This document shows positions 42,029 to 51,003 of a DNA stretch of 64,000 nucleotides, piece by piece (position 1 is the first letter of the stretch; each line of letters opens with the position of its first letter). The stretch lies in the NCBI GenBank assembly GCA_964595645.1, contig CAZQQT010000004.1, positions 32,001-96,000 on the forward strand, written 5' to 3'. The DNA is from an uncultured Thermococci archaeon. Lineage in GTDB: Archaea > Methanobacteriota_B > Thermococci > Methanofastidiosales > B48-G16. The position numbers and the translations under genes were made by a program. The notes under the pieces were generated by a model. The model worked only from the letters and a program-made list of their open reading frames with translations, had not been told where the DNA came from and did no database searches.

Positions 42029-42622
42029 TTATATCTCCTCCATTCTTGTCAGATCTTCATGAATTCTTAATAGTTCATTTATTTCCGATTTTGATTCTAT
42101 TGCGAGATAGGGAATGTGAAATCCCATTGCCAAATGGCTCACACCTTCTTCAACAGCTCTCACTGTATCCCCCTCATGTTCTTTTTCTCGCGCTATACTG
42201 GAGAGGGTATCGAGAGGGATGAGTGTGGGGGTAGCAGTCTCTTCCAGCGGATTCATCTCGTGATCATACACCGTGTCCTTATACACGATTTTTGGAATAT
42301 TTTTCACGAAAATGCCGCCAACATACTGGTAGAGAGGCAATCCGTAAAAGCCAGAGGCCGCTTTCGCGACAGCCAGTGAAAACACGAAACGAACTTCCGG
42401 TTTCTCCGTCACCTCTTCCAATATCGCATCGATAGGCCGCTGTTCAAGGAGACTGAATCCTATCAACTCGGGGAGCACGACATCGACAATATCATCGAGG
42501 GGCTCGTCCGTCACGACACTGCTTTTTCCGTAACTGTTGGTGGAGAATATGTCCACCTCCAACCGATTCTTTCTTTCGTCAGTATATACCTTTCGAATGA
42601 GTACGTCTTCAATTGTTTCCAA
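42029..42622 (-). CDS. Truncated enolase-like protein
   Basis: Enolase N-domain (LEVDI, PELIG..EQ..ID, SLAVAKAAS..LPLYQYVGG) and C-terminal NELLRI; most of the barrel missing; TTG start with GGTGA SD. Confidence 0.8.
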   Translation of the reverse strand: METIEDVLIRKVYTDERKNRLEVDIFSTNSYGKSSVVTDEPLDDIVDVVLPELIGFSLLEQRPIDAILEEVTEKPEVRFVFSLAVAKAASGFYGLPLYQYVGGIFVKNIPKIVYKDTVYDHEMNPLEETATPTLIPLDTLSSIAREKEHEGDTVRAVEEGVSHLAMGFHIPYLAIESKSEINELLRIHEDLTRMEEI

Positions 42623-42671
42623 CCTATCACCTTATTTTATAAGATTCGTATGAAAATGATAGTGGGGCAAG

Positions 42672-42746
42672 TGGGGCCGCCGAGATTTGAACTCGAGTCA
42701 CCAGCGCCCCGGGCTGAAAGGATGGTCCATGCTACCCTACGGCCCC
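42672..42746 (-). tRNA. tRNA-Pro (GGG), with C at position 33
   Basis: GGGGCCG acceptor, TCAGC-CCGGGGC-GCTGG anticodon arm, GTTCAAATC T loop; usual position after rpoN. Confidence 0.92.
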
Positions 42747-42941
42747 TTATACAGTATGTTTCAAGGCATCATCGATGAGCTCCACGTGGGTGAGAATCAT
42801 TCGTCTGCAACAGTACCTCTCCAGTCCTAGATCGTCCAGTACACCCTTTGGAGACTCACCTGCCTCCACGCGCTCTTGATACTTTGCATAGAGGTGCCCT
42901 ATCGGTTTTCCACAGGTAAAACATCGCACAGGTATTATCAT
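42747..42941 (-). CDS. rpoN: RNA polymerase subunit N/Rpo10 (start corrected to 42941)
   Basis: [12 protein letters not shown]...[11 protein letters not shown]. Confidence 0.98.
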   Translation of the reverse strand: MIIPVRCFTCGKPIGHLYAKYQERVEAGESPKGVLDDLGLERYCCRRMILTHVELIDDALKHTV

Positions 42942-42945
42942 TCTC

Positions 42946-43353
42946 TCACCTATACGATTTCTGTTTCTTCGCTCTCGGACCTTTGGAAGACGCATTCGGT
43001 TTGTGGGGTTCCGTTCGTCGAATATCCCCCTTCAACATCACTTTATCGTACTCCATATATGCATCCTTGAGAGATGAATCTTGCGTCCATTCCACAAGCG
43101 CTCTGGCAATAGCAGTTCTTGCTGCATCTGCCTGTCCCATCACACCGCCGCCTTCAACAGTCACCTCAATATCTATCTCGTCGGTGACTTCACCGGCCAG
43201 CATCAGGGGCTCCATCATCTTCATTCGTGCCAGATCGGGTTTATAAATGTGGAGAGGTCTTTTATTTACCTTTTTCTTTCCGTCTCCTTCTTTTATCACG
43301 GCCCGAGCTATTGCTCTCTTTCTTTTTCCTGATGATTGAACTATCTTTTCCAT
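42946..43353 (-). CDS. rps9: 30S ribosomal protein S9
   Basis: [25 protein letters not shown]. Confidence 0.98.
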   Translation of the reverse strand: MEKIVQSSGKRKRAIARAVIKEGDGKKKVNKRPLHIYKPDLARMKMMEPLMLAGEVTDEIDIEVTVEGGGVMGQADAARTAIARALVEWTQDSSLKDAYMEYDKVMLKGDIRRTEPHKPNASSKGPRAKKQKSYR

Positions 43354-43354
43354 G

Positions 43355-43783
43355 TTATCCTCCTAAGTGTGTAGATAATTCTTTTATTGTTATATGTTTA
43401 AAGGATCTCTCTTTATTTAATTTTGCATCCTCTATTATTACTATCTCTTTATCTGCGAGTTCTTTGGGGATTTTCTCGTGTACTCTCAATCGGCTCAGTG
43501 CATCTCTTCCCCGTGGTTTCCTGTAGGGCAGCATACCTCGTACTGCTCGTTTTACAATTCCCTCTGGACTTTTCGGATAATGTGGGCCTCTTCGCGGATT
43601 TGCGAGGTTACTTCTATCCACTCGTTGTTTGTACCGTGCGAAAATGTCCTCTTTCCTTCCTGTGATCACCATCGTTCCTGCATTGACGATGGTAACACGT
43701 TCTCCGTCCAATAGTTTCTTGGCTGTCACAGAGGCAGTTCTTCCCAAAACTAGGTTTTTTCCATCTACAATCATATGAATCAC
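43355..43783 (-). CDS. rpl13: 50S ribosomal protein L13
   Basis: [14 protein letters not shown]. Confidence 0.97.
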   Translation of the reverse strand: MIHMIVDGKNLVLGRTASVTAKKLLDGERVTIVNAGTMVITGRKEDIFARYKQRVDRSNLANPRRGPHYPKSPEGIVKRAVRGMLPYRKPRGRDALSRLRVHEKIPKELADKEIVIIEDAKLNKERSFKHITIKELSTHLGG

Positions 43784-44142
43784 TCCATTATCCGTACATT
43801 CTCTCCCTGAGGATTTCGTTCTACGAGCTCCTCGATAGTAATCGCCTCTCCTCCGTTCTTTGTGATCTCATTGTACGCCTTCTTTGAGAATTTCAATGCA
43901 GAGACCGTCACACTGTGATCCAATCGTCCGGCACCAAGAACTTTGCCCGGCACCACCACGGTCTCCCCTTCCTCAGTGTATTTCTCAAGTTTCCAGAGAT
44001 TCAACTCTGCCATTCTCCTTGTAGGTCTGCGTAATCTCTCAGAAATTTCTACCCAAAGACTCACATCGTCATCATAGCCTTTCTTCCGTAGATCATCCAC
44101 GAGTCGTATCAATCGTGGGTTTGTTTTTCTCAGTTTTTTCAT
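43780..44142 (-). CDS. rpl18e: 50S ribosomal protein L18e (ATG 44142 after GGTGA)
   Basis: KTNPRL, VVVPGKVLG, NPQG. Confidence 0.97.
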   Translation of the reverse strand: MKKLRKTNPRLIRLVDDLRKKGYDDDVSLWVEISERLRRPTRRMAELNLWKLEKYTEEGETVVVPGKVLGAGRLDHSVTVSALKFSKKAYNEITKNGGEAITIEELVERNPQGENVRIME

Positions 44143-44151
44143 GTTATTCAC

Positions 44152-44185
44152 CTTTGAACTCAGCGCATTTTCTGCTCGCTCAAAG
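44152..44185 (-). promoter_or_regulatory. Kink-turn hairpin in the 5' leader of the rpl18e operon
   Basis: CUUUGAGC-GA-GCA-GAAAA-UGC-GCU-GA-GUUCAAAG; TATA (TTTATAAA) at 44214-44221; SD at 44148-44152. Confidence 0.7.
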
Positions 44186-44265
44186 CATCGCTGACACGTT
44201 TCTTATAGAAGCCTTTATAAAGATTGTGGTGATGGTCTAAAACTATCTCAGTAAAAATTGAAATT

Positions 44266-45438
44266 TTATGGCCCTATCTCCCCTTCTTCCTCTATTTTTC
44301 TGACCAATGCCTTAAAAGCTTCTATTACTCCTGTTCCCTGTAGTGCATCTGCGGGGAACACTTCTGTTGATTGGGGCAAATTCATTCTCTCTTTTATCTC
44401 TTCAACACTGAGTGCATTTTGTATATCCTGTTTATTTGCAACGATGATGAGTGGAAGTCCTTTTGCCCTTGTTTTTTCAAGCATGGACTTTGCACGGGGG
44501 AACGAGTTAGGTTTTGTCGAATCTACGAGGAGAAAGATGCCCATTGCTTTGTCCGCGATGAAGTTAAGTATGGGATCGAATCGAGCTTGACCGGGGGTGC
44601 CAAAAATATCCGCTGAGATGTCCTCGTGTTCTATATGTCCGTGATCGAGAGCAATTGTTGTCCCCATTCTATCAACGGAGACAGACTGCGTTGAAAGTGC
44701 ACGGACGAACGTAGATTTTCCTGCATTGAAGGGGCCGGTAACAAGCAGTTTCGGGATAAAGGCCTTTATTCCACCCGGCCTATCAATTTTGAACATTAAA
44801 TTTCCCTTCGTCTTTTCCCGCCAGTCAACCTTTATTACCCCATAATACTGACCCATCACCACGCGTTCACCTACACCACCAACCTTTACAATGGCATTTA
44901 TTGCCTCGTGCAGCATTTTTTTTGTCTCTTCTGAGTACGGCCAGTTTGTAAAGTTATAGATACCCACAGATTCATGCTCAGCGAAGAGTTCGTTCCATTT
45001 TTTTATATGGCTTGCTGCCTCTTCTCCACAGAGATCGAGAATGGATGAGAGTGAGCCGAGTGTTACTGTTGTACCTGACTCTTCCAGTATTTCCTCGATG
45101 ATATCATCGTACGAGACAATATCGCTTGGTTCTTCAATGACATAGGGGGCACTGCTTTTGCACCCCATGAGGGAAGAGTACGCATCCACTATCGCAAAGT
45201 TATCCATATATTTGGACAGATCCCATCCATACTCCTTGAAATTTTCTTTTACAATCTCGGGATCGGACCGTGTTGTGATCAATACTGCTTTTTTTCCATT
45301 TTTTAGGTTATGATAGAGGCTCTGCATCCCGAATATCTCTCCCTCTACCTCAGGTTGAATGAGATACATGAGACTTTTTCCTTCGGGTATACCGCCCCCA
45401 AGAAAGTTATCCAACCGTGGTATGCCTGAATTTATCAC
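44266..45438 (-). CDS. Degenerate KaiC/RAD55-like domain fused to an MglA/CvnD-like small GTPase
   Basis: SGIPRLDNFLGGGIPEG start with no Walker A; C-terminal GPFNAGKST, TTIALD, GTPGQARF, NKQD. Confidence 0.85.
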   Translation of the reverse strand: MINSGIPRLDNFLGGGIPEGKSLMYLIQPEVEGEIFGMQSLYHNLKNGKKAVLITTRSDPEIVKENFKEYGWDLSKYMDNFAIVDAYSSLMGCKSSAPYVIEEPSDIVSYDDIIEEILEESGTTVTLGSLSSILDLCGEEAASHIKKWNELFAEHESVGIYNFTNWPYSEETKKMLHEAINAIVKVGGVGERVVMGQYYGVIKVDWREKTKGNLMFKIDRPGGIKAFIPKLLVTGPFNAGKSTFVRALSTQSVSVDRMGTTIALDHGHIEHEDISADIFGTPGQARFDPILNFIADKAMGIFLLVDSTKPNSFPRAKSMLEKTRAKGLPLIIVANKQDIQNALSVEEIKERMNLPQSTEVFPADALQGTGVIEAFKALVRKIEEEGEIGP

Positions 45439-46094
45439 TACGTCTCCCCCACACGAAGTTCTCCATTTTCTATTTTGAACGTAACTTCTTTGTTTATTCC
45501 AAAGCCTCTAAAAAGCATTTTGTTCTCTTTTATTTCCGTGATGACATCCATTAATTGATTAATAGATTTTGTTTCAACATCTTCTGGCGTTTCCTCCAAA
45601 GTAAATATTCCGTATCCATCCAGTTTCTTTATTCTGCCGGTGAGTATATGAAGGAATCTGAATACTGTTTGCGCATTTGAATACATTAAAATTGTAGAGA
45701 GTGAATCGATAACTATCCGTATGTCCTCGTAATTCTTTACATTCCAAAGCTTTTCTAAAAGATTGCTGTATTTTACAGAAATACCAGTGAGATCTACAGA
45801 GCTCGAAACATATTTTATCCATTCACTATCTTTAATATCTGTTTCCATCCTCAAACTCTTCGAAATGCAGTCAACAACACCCAGTCCTTTTGTCTCTATT
45901 CTTTCAGAAAACCACTGCTGAATCTTTTCTCCGCTGTCCTTTGTCGAAATATAAATGATAGCCTCATCTCGTTCTAGAGCATCTAAACAGAGATATTTTG
46001 TGATCGTTGAGATTCCAGAAAGAGTAGATCCAGAAAGAAGAACAATGCTTCCTTTCGGAACATCGAGATCAAGATCAGTGTAAAACATTGTCAT
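45438..46094 (-). CDS. Degenerate KaiC/RAD55-like (RecA-fold) protein
   Basis: GSTLSGIST (Walker A Lys lost), VDLTGI, IDSLSTILMY, FRFLH. Confidence 0.82.
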   Translation of the reverse strand: MTMFYTDLDLDVPKGSIVLLSGSTLSGISTITKYLCLDALERDEAIIYISTKDSGEKIQQWFSERIETKGLGVVDCISKSLRMETDIKDSEWIKYVSSSVDLTGISVKYSNLLEKLWNVKNYEDIRIVIDSLSTILMYSNAQTVFRFLHILTGRIKKLDGYGIFTLEETPEDVETKSINQLMDVITEIKENKMLFRGFGINKEVTFKIENGELRVGET

Positions 46095-46123
46095 ATATTC
46101 TACACCGTTGTTTAAAAATCTTT

Positions 46124-46747
46124 CTACAGATTTCCATCAATTTCTTTTTCCAATCTACGAAAAAAGGCCTCCATGTACTTGTATCTTTCTTTTGCTATCC
46201 TTTTACCTTCTTCTGTCATGAGCCGTCTTTTTATTTTGGAGAGTTTAGCATTGTACTCGAGTACTGGCGTATGATTTCTGTGATCGATCTTCTTTGAGAC
46301 GGTAGTATCTTTATCGGAAAAATCCTTTTTTCGATAGAGTTTCTGTCCATTTTCTCCACCGAAGGAATACGCTCTGCATATTCCTATGGCACCAATGGCA
46401 TCGAGCTTATCTGCATCGTAGAGAATCTTCGCCTCGAGAGTTTGTGGCTCCGCGGAGGTACGATATCTGTGTGTTTTTATACAGTGGATCACACGTTTCT
46501 TTATACCTTCATCGAAACCGTGCTGATCCATTATTTCCTTAGCCATCTCGGTACTGTGGATTTCATGATTTTCGTCTCCCTTTTTCCTCCCAATATCATG
46601 AAGCAACGCCGCAAGTCTAAGTACACGAAGATCAGCACCCATCTTTTTTCCTATCTTCATGCAGAGCGCGTAGACCCTCTCAACATGTAAAAAGTCATGG
46701 GTTGGCGATGCACACTGAAAGTATTTCTTCACTTCCTCTTCGATCAT
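46124..46747 (-). CDS. HD-domain phosphohydrolase (COG1418-like)
   Basis: HDFLHVERV, ALLHDIG, DADKLDAIGAIG. Confidence 0.92.
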   Translation of the reverse strand: MIEEEVKKYFQCASPTHDFLHVERVYALCMKIGKKMGADLRVLRLAALLHDIGRKKGDENHEIHSTEMAKEIMDQHGFDEGIKKRVIHCIKTHRYRTSAEPQTLEAKILYDADKLDAIGAIGICRAYSFGGENGQKLYRKKDFSDKDTTVSKKIDHRNHTPVLEYNAKLSKIKRRLMTEEGKRIAKERYKYMEAFFRRLEKEIDGNL

Positions 46748-46797
46748 GGATTCCTACCTGGGGTATCTTTTTTAATGCCCTCCTCATGATATATACC

Positions 46798-47550
46798 ATG
46801 GTTAAAATAACTTTCTTCGGTAGCGGTGGAGGGAGATACATCTGTGTAAACCAACGAAGGGCTACCGGGGGGTTTACTATCGGCAACTATCATGTTGATC
46901 CAGGACCCGGAGCCCTCATACACCTTCTTAGCAAGGGTATCGATCCAAAAGAACTCGAAGGTGTACTTGTGTCACACAAACATATCGATCACTGCAACGA
47001 CGCCGCACTAATGGTAGAAGCGCTTACCAACAGTTTGAATGAAGAAAAAGGTATCTTTATTGGATCCAAAAATTGTACGGATCTACTGTATTCAAAAGAA
47101 AAAGAAACGCTGGATGAAATACATTACGTAGAAAAAGGTGAGAAACTCACACTGAAAGACATGAACCTTGACGTGTTAGAGACCAAACACTCAGAGGAGA
47201 CAGGAGTTGGGTTCAAGTTCCACACACCAGTGGGGGATATCTCCTACACCTCAGATACTGAGTACTTCTCAGGACTACGATCACATAAAGGGACCAGAGT
47301 TCTCATTCTTAATGTTACACGACCGAGGAGCTCGAGTATTCCATTTCATCTCTCCACAGAGGATGCCGTAGAGCTCATCTCTATAGTTGAACCTGAACTT
47401 GCAGTGATGACCCATCTCGGGATGAAGATGCATTTTGTAGCAGAGAAGGAGAGAAAATTTATAGAACAGAAAACAAGTACCAAAACAATTATAAGCAAAC
47501 TCGGTACAGTAGTGACGATGGAAGGGAGTATTTCAGTAGAAAAGATTTAG
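46798..47550 (+). CDS. MBL-fold metallo-hydrolase (start corrected to 46798)
   Basis: GSGGGR, DPGPG, SHKHIDH, YTSDT. Confidence 0.9.
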   Translation: MVKITFFGSGGGRYICVNQRRATGGFTIGNYHVDPGPGALIHLLSKGIDPKELEGVLVSHKHIDHCNDAALMVEALTNSLNEEKGIFIGSKNCTDLLYSKEKETLDEIHYVEKGEKLTLKDMNLDVLETKHSEETGVGFKFHTPVGDISYTSDTEYFSGLRSHKGTRVLILNVTRPRSSSIPFHLSTEDAVELISIVEPELAVMTHLGMKMHFVAEKERKFIEQKTSTKTIISKLGTVVTMEGSISVEKI

Positions 47551-47563
47551 AGAAGGTGTGAAA

Positions 47564-50146
47564 ATGCTCGGTGAGTATAATCCAGAAGAACTTGAAGAAC
47601 GAATTCAGAATTTCTGGGAAGAGAATGAGATCTATCGATACAATCCAAAGAGCGAAACCCCTATTTTTTCCATAGATACACCTCCTCCCACATTCTCGGG
47701 CGAAATTCATGTGGGACATGCTATGAGCTACTCCCAAGCAGAGTTTATTGCCCGATACAAACGGATGAGAGGATACGAAATTTTCTATCCTATGGGATTT
47801 GACGACAACGGACTACCCACCGAACGGCTGGTGGAACAAAAGTATAATGTTGATATTAAAGAGATAGGACGAGAGAAGTTCGTTGAGCTCTGCTTGAAAG
47901 AAACGAAGAAGGGTGCAAAAAAATACAGAAACATCTGGACAAAACTTGGTATCTCTGTGGACTGGAACCTCTCATATTCAACTATCAACGAGTATTGCCG
48001 AAGATTGGCACAGATATCCTTTATTGATCTCTATGAGAAGGAGAGACTGGAGAGAAAAAAAGAGCCCGTCACCTGGTGCCCCCAATGCGAAACGGCAATC
48101 GCACAGGCAGAACTGGAAGATAAAGAGGAAGAAACGTTCCTCAGCACAATTATTTTCAAAACAGAAGATGGAAAAGATCTCCATATCGCCACAACACGGC
48201 CTGAACTCCTCCCGTCATGTGTGGGGATCGCTGTACACCCACAAGATGAACGGTACCAGGACCTCGTGGGTAAATCCGCCATTACCCCGCTATTTGGAAA
48301 TAGGGTAACAATACTAGCGGACAGACAGGTGGACAGAGAGTTTGGAACAGGAATTGTGATGATCTGTACCTTCGGTGATAAAACAGATATCGAGTGGTGG
48401 AAGGACTATAATCTCGATCTTATCATTTCTATCAACAGAAACGGTACTCTCAACGATCGAGCAGGAAAATATGAAGGAATGGAATTGAAAGAGGCACGAG
48501 AAGCTATATTAAAGGAACTTCAAGATAAAAATCTCTTAAAAAAACAGAAAAAGCTCTCTCACGCGCTGAACGCCCATGAACGATGCGGTACTCCTATAGA
48601 GTATCTGATAGAAGATCAGTGGTTTGTGAAGGTGCTCGATATGAAGGATGCCTGGATAGGCCAGGCGGACAAAATGGACTGGTACCCATCCTTCATGAAA
48701 AAACGATATATTTCTTGGGTGGAAAATCTGAAATGGGACTGGTGCATCTCGCGGCAACGGTACTACGGCGTACCGTTCCCTGTCTGGTACTGTAAAGACT
48801 GCGGACAGGTAGTACTCCCTGAGAAAGAGGAGCTACCCGTGGATCCGCTGAAGGACAAACCTGGTCATCCCTGTAAGTGCGGCTGTACAGATTTCATTCC
48901 GGAGGAAGATGTCATGGACACGTGGTTCACCTCCTCACTCACTCCTCAGATAATCGCAAGATGGGAGTCCAATAATTCGCTGATAGATGAGGTGTACCCG
49001 AACTCACTGAGACCGCAGGCCCATGATATCATTAGAACGTGGCTGTTCTACACCGTGGTTAAAAGTTACCTCCACAATAACAGTATCCCATGGCATAATA
49101 TCATGCTCTCAGGGTTTGGACTGGATGAGGAAGGAAAGGCCATGCACAGCTCTAAGGGAAATGTGATTCTTCCATTAGATGTAATAGAGCGGTACTCGGC
49201 GGATGCGCTGCGGTGGTGGGCATCCTCTGCAAAACTCGGAGACGATCTGCCCTACAAAGAAAAGGATATTCTCGCCGGACACCGCCTCTGTATCAAGCTC
49301 TGGAACGCTGCGAAGTTGATTTCGTCGCATCTCGATGAGAAGGTGGCGTCTGCCGAGCCCCGGGAGATAGATAGATGGATTCTGGGAAACCTCGATGAAC
49401 TTATAAAAAAAACCACTGAGTATCTAGAAGAGTACGAGTATAGTAAGGCAAAGACGCTGATTGAGAGCTCCTTCTGGCACGAATTCTGCGATAATTATCT
49501 GGAAATTGCAAAGTATCGGCTCTACCAAGAAGAAGATCCAGCGGTGAAGTACACAATGTACCATGCACTGTTAACCTATCTACAGCTGTTTGCCATCTAC
49601 ATCCCCCATATCACTGAGGAACTCTACCAAAAAATATTTAGGGAGTTCGAGGAGACGAAATCGATCCATCTCACTTCCTGGCCCGAGCCGCGCGGAATGG
49701 AGAAAAGTCCCCTCGGTGAGACCTGTGTCTCCATCGTCTCATCGCTCAGAAAATGGAAGAGCGATAACGGCATCGCACTGAACACTGAAATGGACGAAGT
49801 GACCATTTTCTCCTCAATGAACCTCAATCCGATAAAGGAGGATATCGCACAGGCAATGAATATCCAGAACCTCACACTGAAGAAGGGAACACCAGAAATA
49901 GAGAAAAAAATTCTCTCTGTCGTACCAAACTACGAGATTATCGGTCCAAAGTTTGGAGAAAAAACAGAAGAAGTGGTCAAAAGACTTCAGGACCCAGAGG
50001 TCGTGAGAAAGATAGAGAATGGCGAGACGGTGACAGAGCACGAACTCTCGAAGAAACACATCTCCCGGGTGGAAAAGGAGTACAGAGCTGAAGGTAGAAA
50101 GGTGGACATACTCACTGGAAAGAACTACGTCATAGAGGTATTCTAA
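47564..50146 (+). CDS. valS: Valine--tRNA ligase (archaeal type)
   Basis: DTPPPT, HVGH, DWCISRQR, DTWFTS, QAHDII; KMSKS variant AMHSS. Confidence 0.96.
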   Translation: MLGEYNPEELEERIQNFWEENEIYRYNPKSETPIFSIDTPPPTFSGEIHVGHAMSYSQAEFIARYKRMRGYEIFYPMGFDDNGLPTERLVEQKYNVDIKEIGREKFVELCLKETKKGAKKYRNIWTKLGISVDWNLSYSTINEYCRRLAQISFIDLYEKERLERKKEPVTWCPQCETAIAQAELEDKEEETFLSTIIFKTEDGKDLHIATTRPELLPSCVGIAVHPQDERYQDLVGKSAITPLFGNRVTILADRQVDREFGTGIVMICTFGDKTDIEWWKDYNLDLIISINRNGTLNDRAGKYEGMELKEAREAILKELQDKNLLKKQKKLSHALNAHERCGTPIEYLIEDQWFVKVLDMKDAWIGQADKMDWYPSFMKKRYISWVENLKWDWCISRQRYYGVPFPVWYCKDCGQVVLPEKEELPVDPLKDKPGHPCKCGCTDFIPEEDVMDTWFTSSLTPQIIARWESNNSLIDEVYPNSLRPQAHDIIRTWLFYTVVKSYLHNNSIPWHNIMLSGFGLDEEGKAMHSSKGNVILPLDVIERYSADALRWWASSAKLGDDLPYKEKDILAGHRLCIKLWNAAKLISSHLDEKVASAEPREIDRWILGNLDELIKKTTEYLEEYEYSKAKTLIESSFWHEFCDNYLEIAKYRLYQEEDPAVKYTMYHALLTYLQLFAIYIPHITEELYQKIFREFEETKSIHLTSWPEPRGMEKSPLGETCVSIVSSLRKWKSDNGIALNTEMDEVTIFSSMNLNPIKEDIAQAMNIQNLTLKKGTPEIEKKILSVVPNYEIIGPKFGEKTEEVVKRLQDPEVVRKIENGETVTEHELSKKHISRVEKEYRAEGRKVDILTGKNYVIEVF

Positions 50147-51003
50147 ATCCTGGCACCGTACTGCTGGATGACACGCGCTGCTGTACTGTTGCCGAGTTCA
50201 CAGCACTCCCTCATCAATTTTTCTTCTAGAAGACCTGCCAGAAATCCGGCGTTAAAGGCATCTCCAGCTCCCGTTGTATCCTTCACCGTGACTATCTCTG
50301 TGGGAACGTTCATCTCTTCTTCTTTTGTCCTCAGATAGCACCCCTCCTTTCCCATCGTCACCACGACGATCTCGCAGCCTAGATTCAGCAGTTTCTCGGC
50401 GGCCTGTGGATACCTGAGACCTGTCATCATCTCTATTTCTTCCTTCGTGGGAAATACAGCGTAAGCTCTCTCAACTATCTCCCTTAGGGCTTCCAGCCCC
50501 ATGGAGCTGTACATATGTCCCGGATCAAATGTTATCCGACAGTTGATCTCTTTTACCAGCTCTTTCTGTGCCTCGAAGGACAACGAAGACTGTGAACAAG
50601 CAAAGGATGTGAGATGAAGATACGTGCAGTGAAGATACGCGAGATCGATCTCCTCTATTTCGATGAAATCGTTTACCCCTGGATTTACCACAATAGCTCT
50701 GTCTCCATTGGCTGTCACGAGGATATACGCGACGCCTGTCGTTCCTTCTTCTTTGATGATCCCTCGTGTATCTACCTCACCAAAGCTGTTGAGAAGGTAC
50801 GCTCCTTCTGGATCATCCCCTACTTTTCCAATGTAGCCACCGGTGAAGCCCATGGTGGTGAGATCGTAGACGGTATTAGCTGCGGAGCCTCCTGCCCTCG
50901 TCTCCTCTTTTTGTACATGCGCTCCCTGATCGGCCTTGGGAATTTTGTCCACGATGAAAATTTTGTCGACGTTCAGAGCGCCAAATCCCACAACATCGAA
51001 CAT
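50143..51003 (-). CDS. PfkB-family sugar/nucleoside kinase
   Basis: GGSAAN, DTTGAGDAF. Confidence 0.93.
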   Translation of the reverse strand: MFDVVGFGALNVDKIFIVDKIPKADQGAHVQKEETRAGGSAANTVYDLTTMGFTGGYIGKVGDDPEGAYLLNSFGEVDTRGIIKEEGTTGVAYILVTANGDRAIVVNPGVNDFIEIEEIDLAYLHCTYLHLTSFACSQSSLSFEAQKELVKEINCRITFDPGHMYSSMGLEALREIVERAYAVFPTKEEIEMMTGLRYPQAAEKLLNLGCEIVVVTMGKEGCYLRTKEEEMNVPTEIVTVKDTTGAGDAFNAGFLAGLLEEKLMRECCELGNSTAARVIQQYGARI

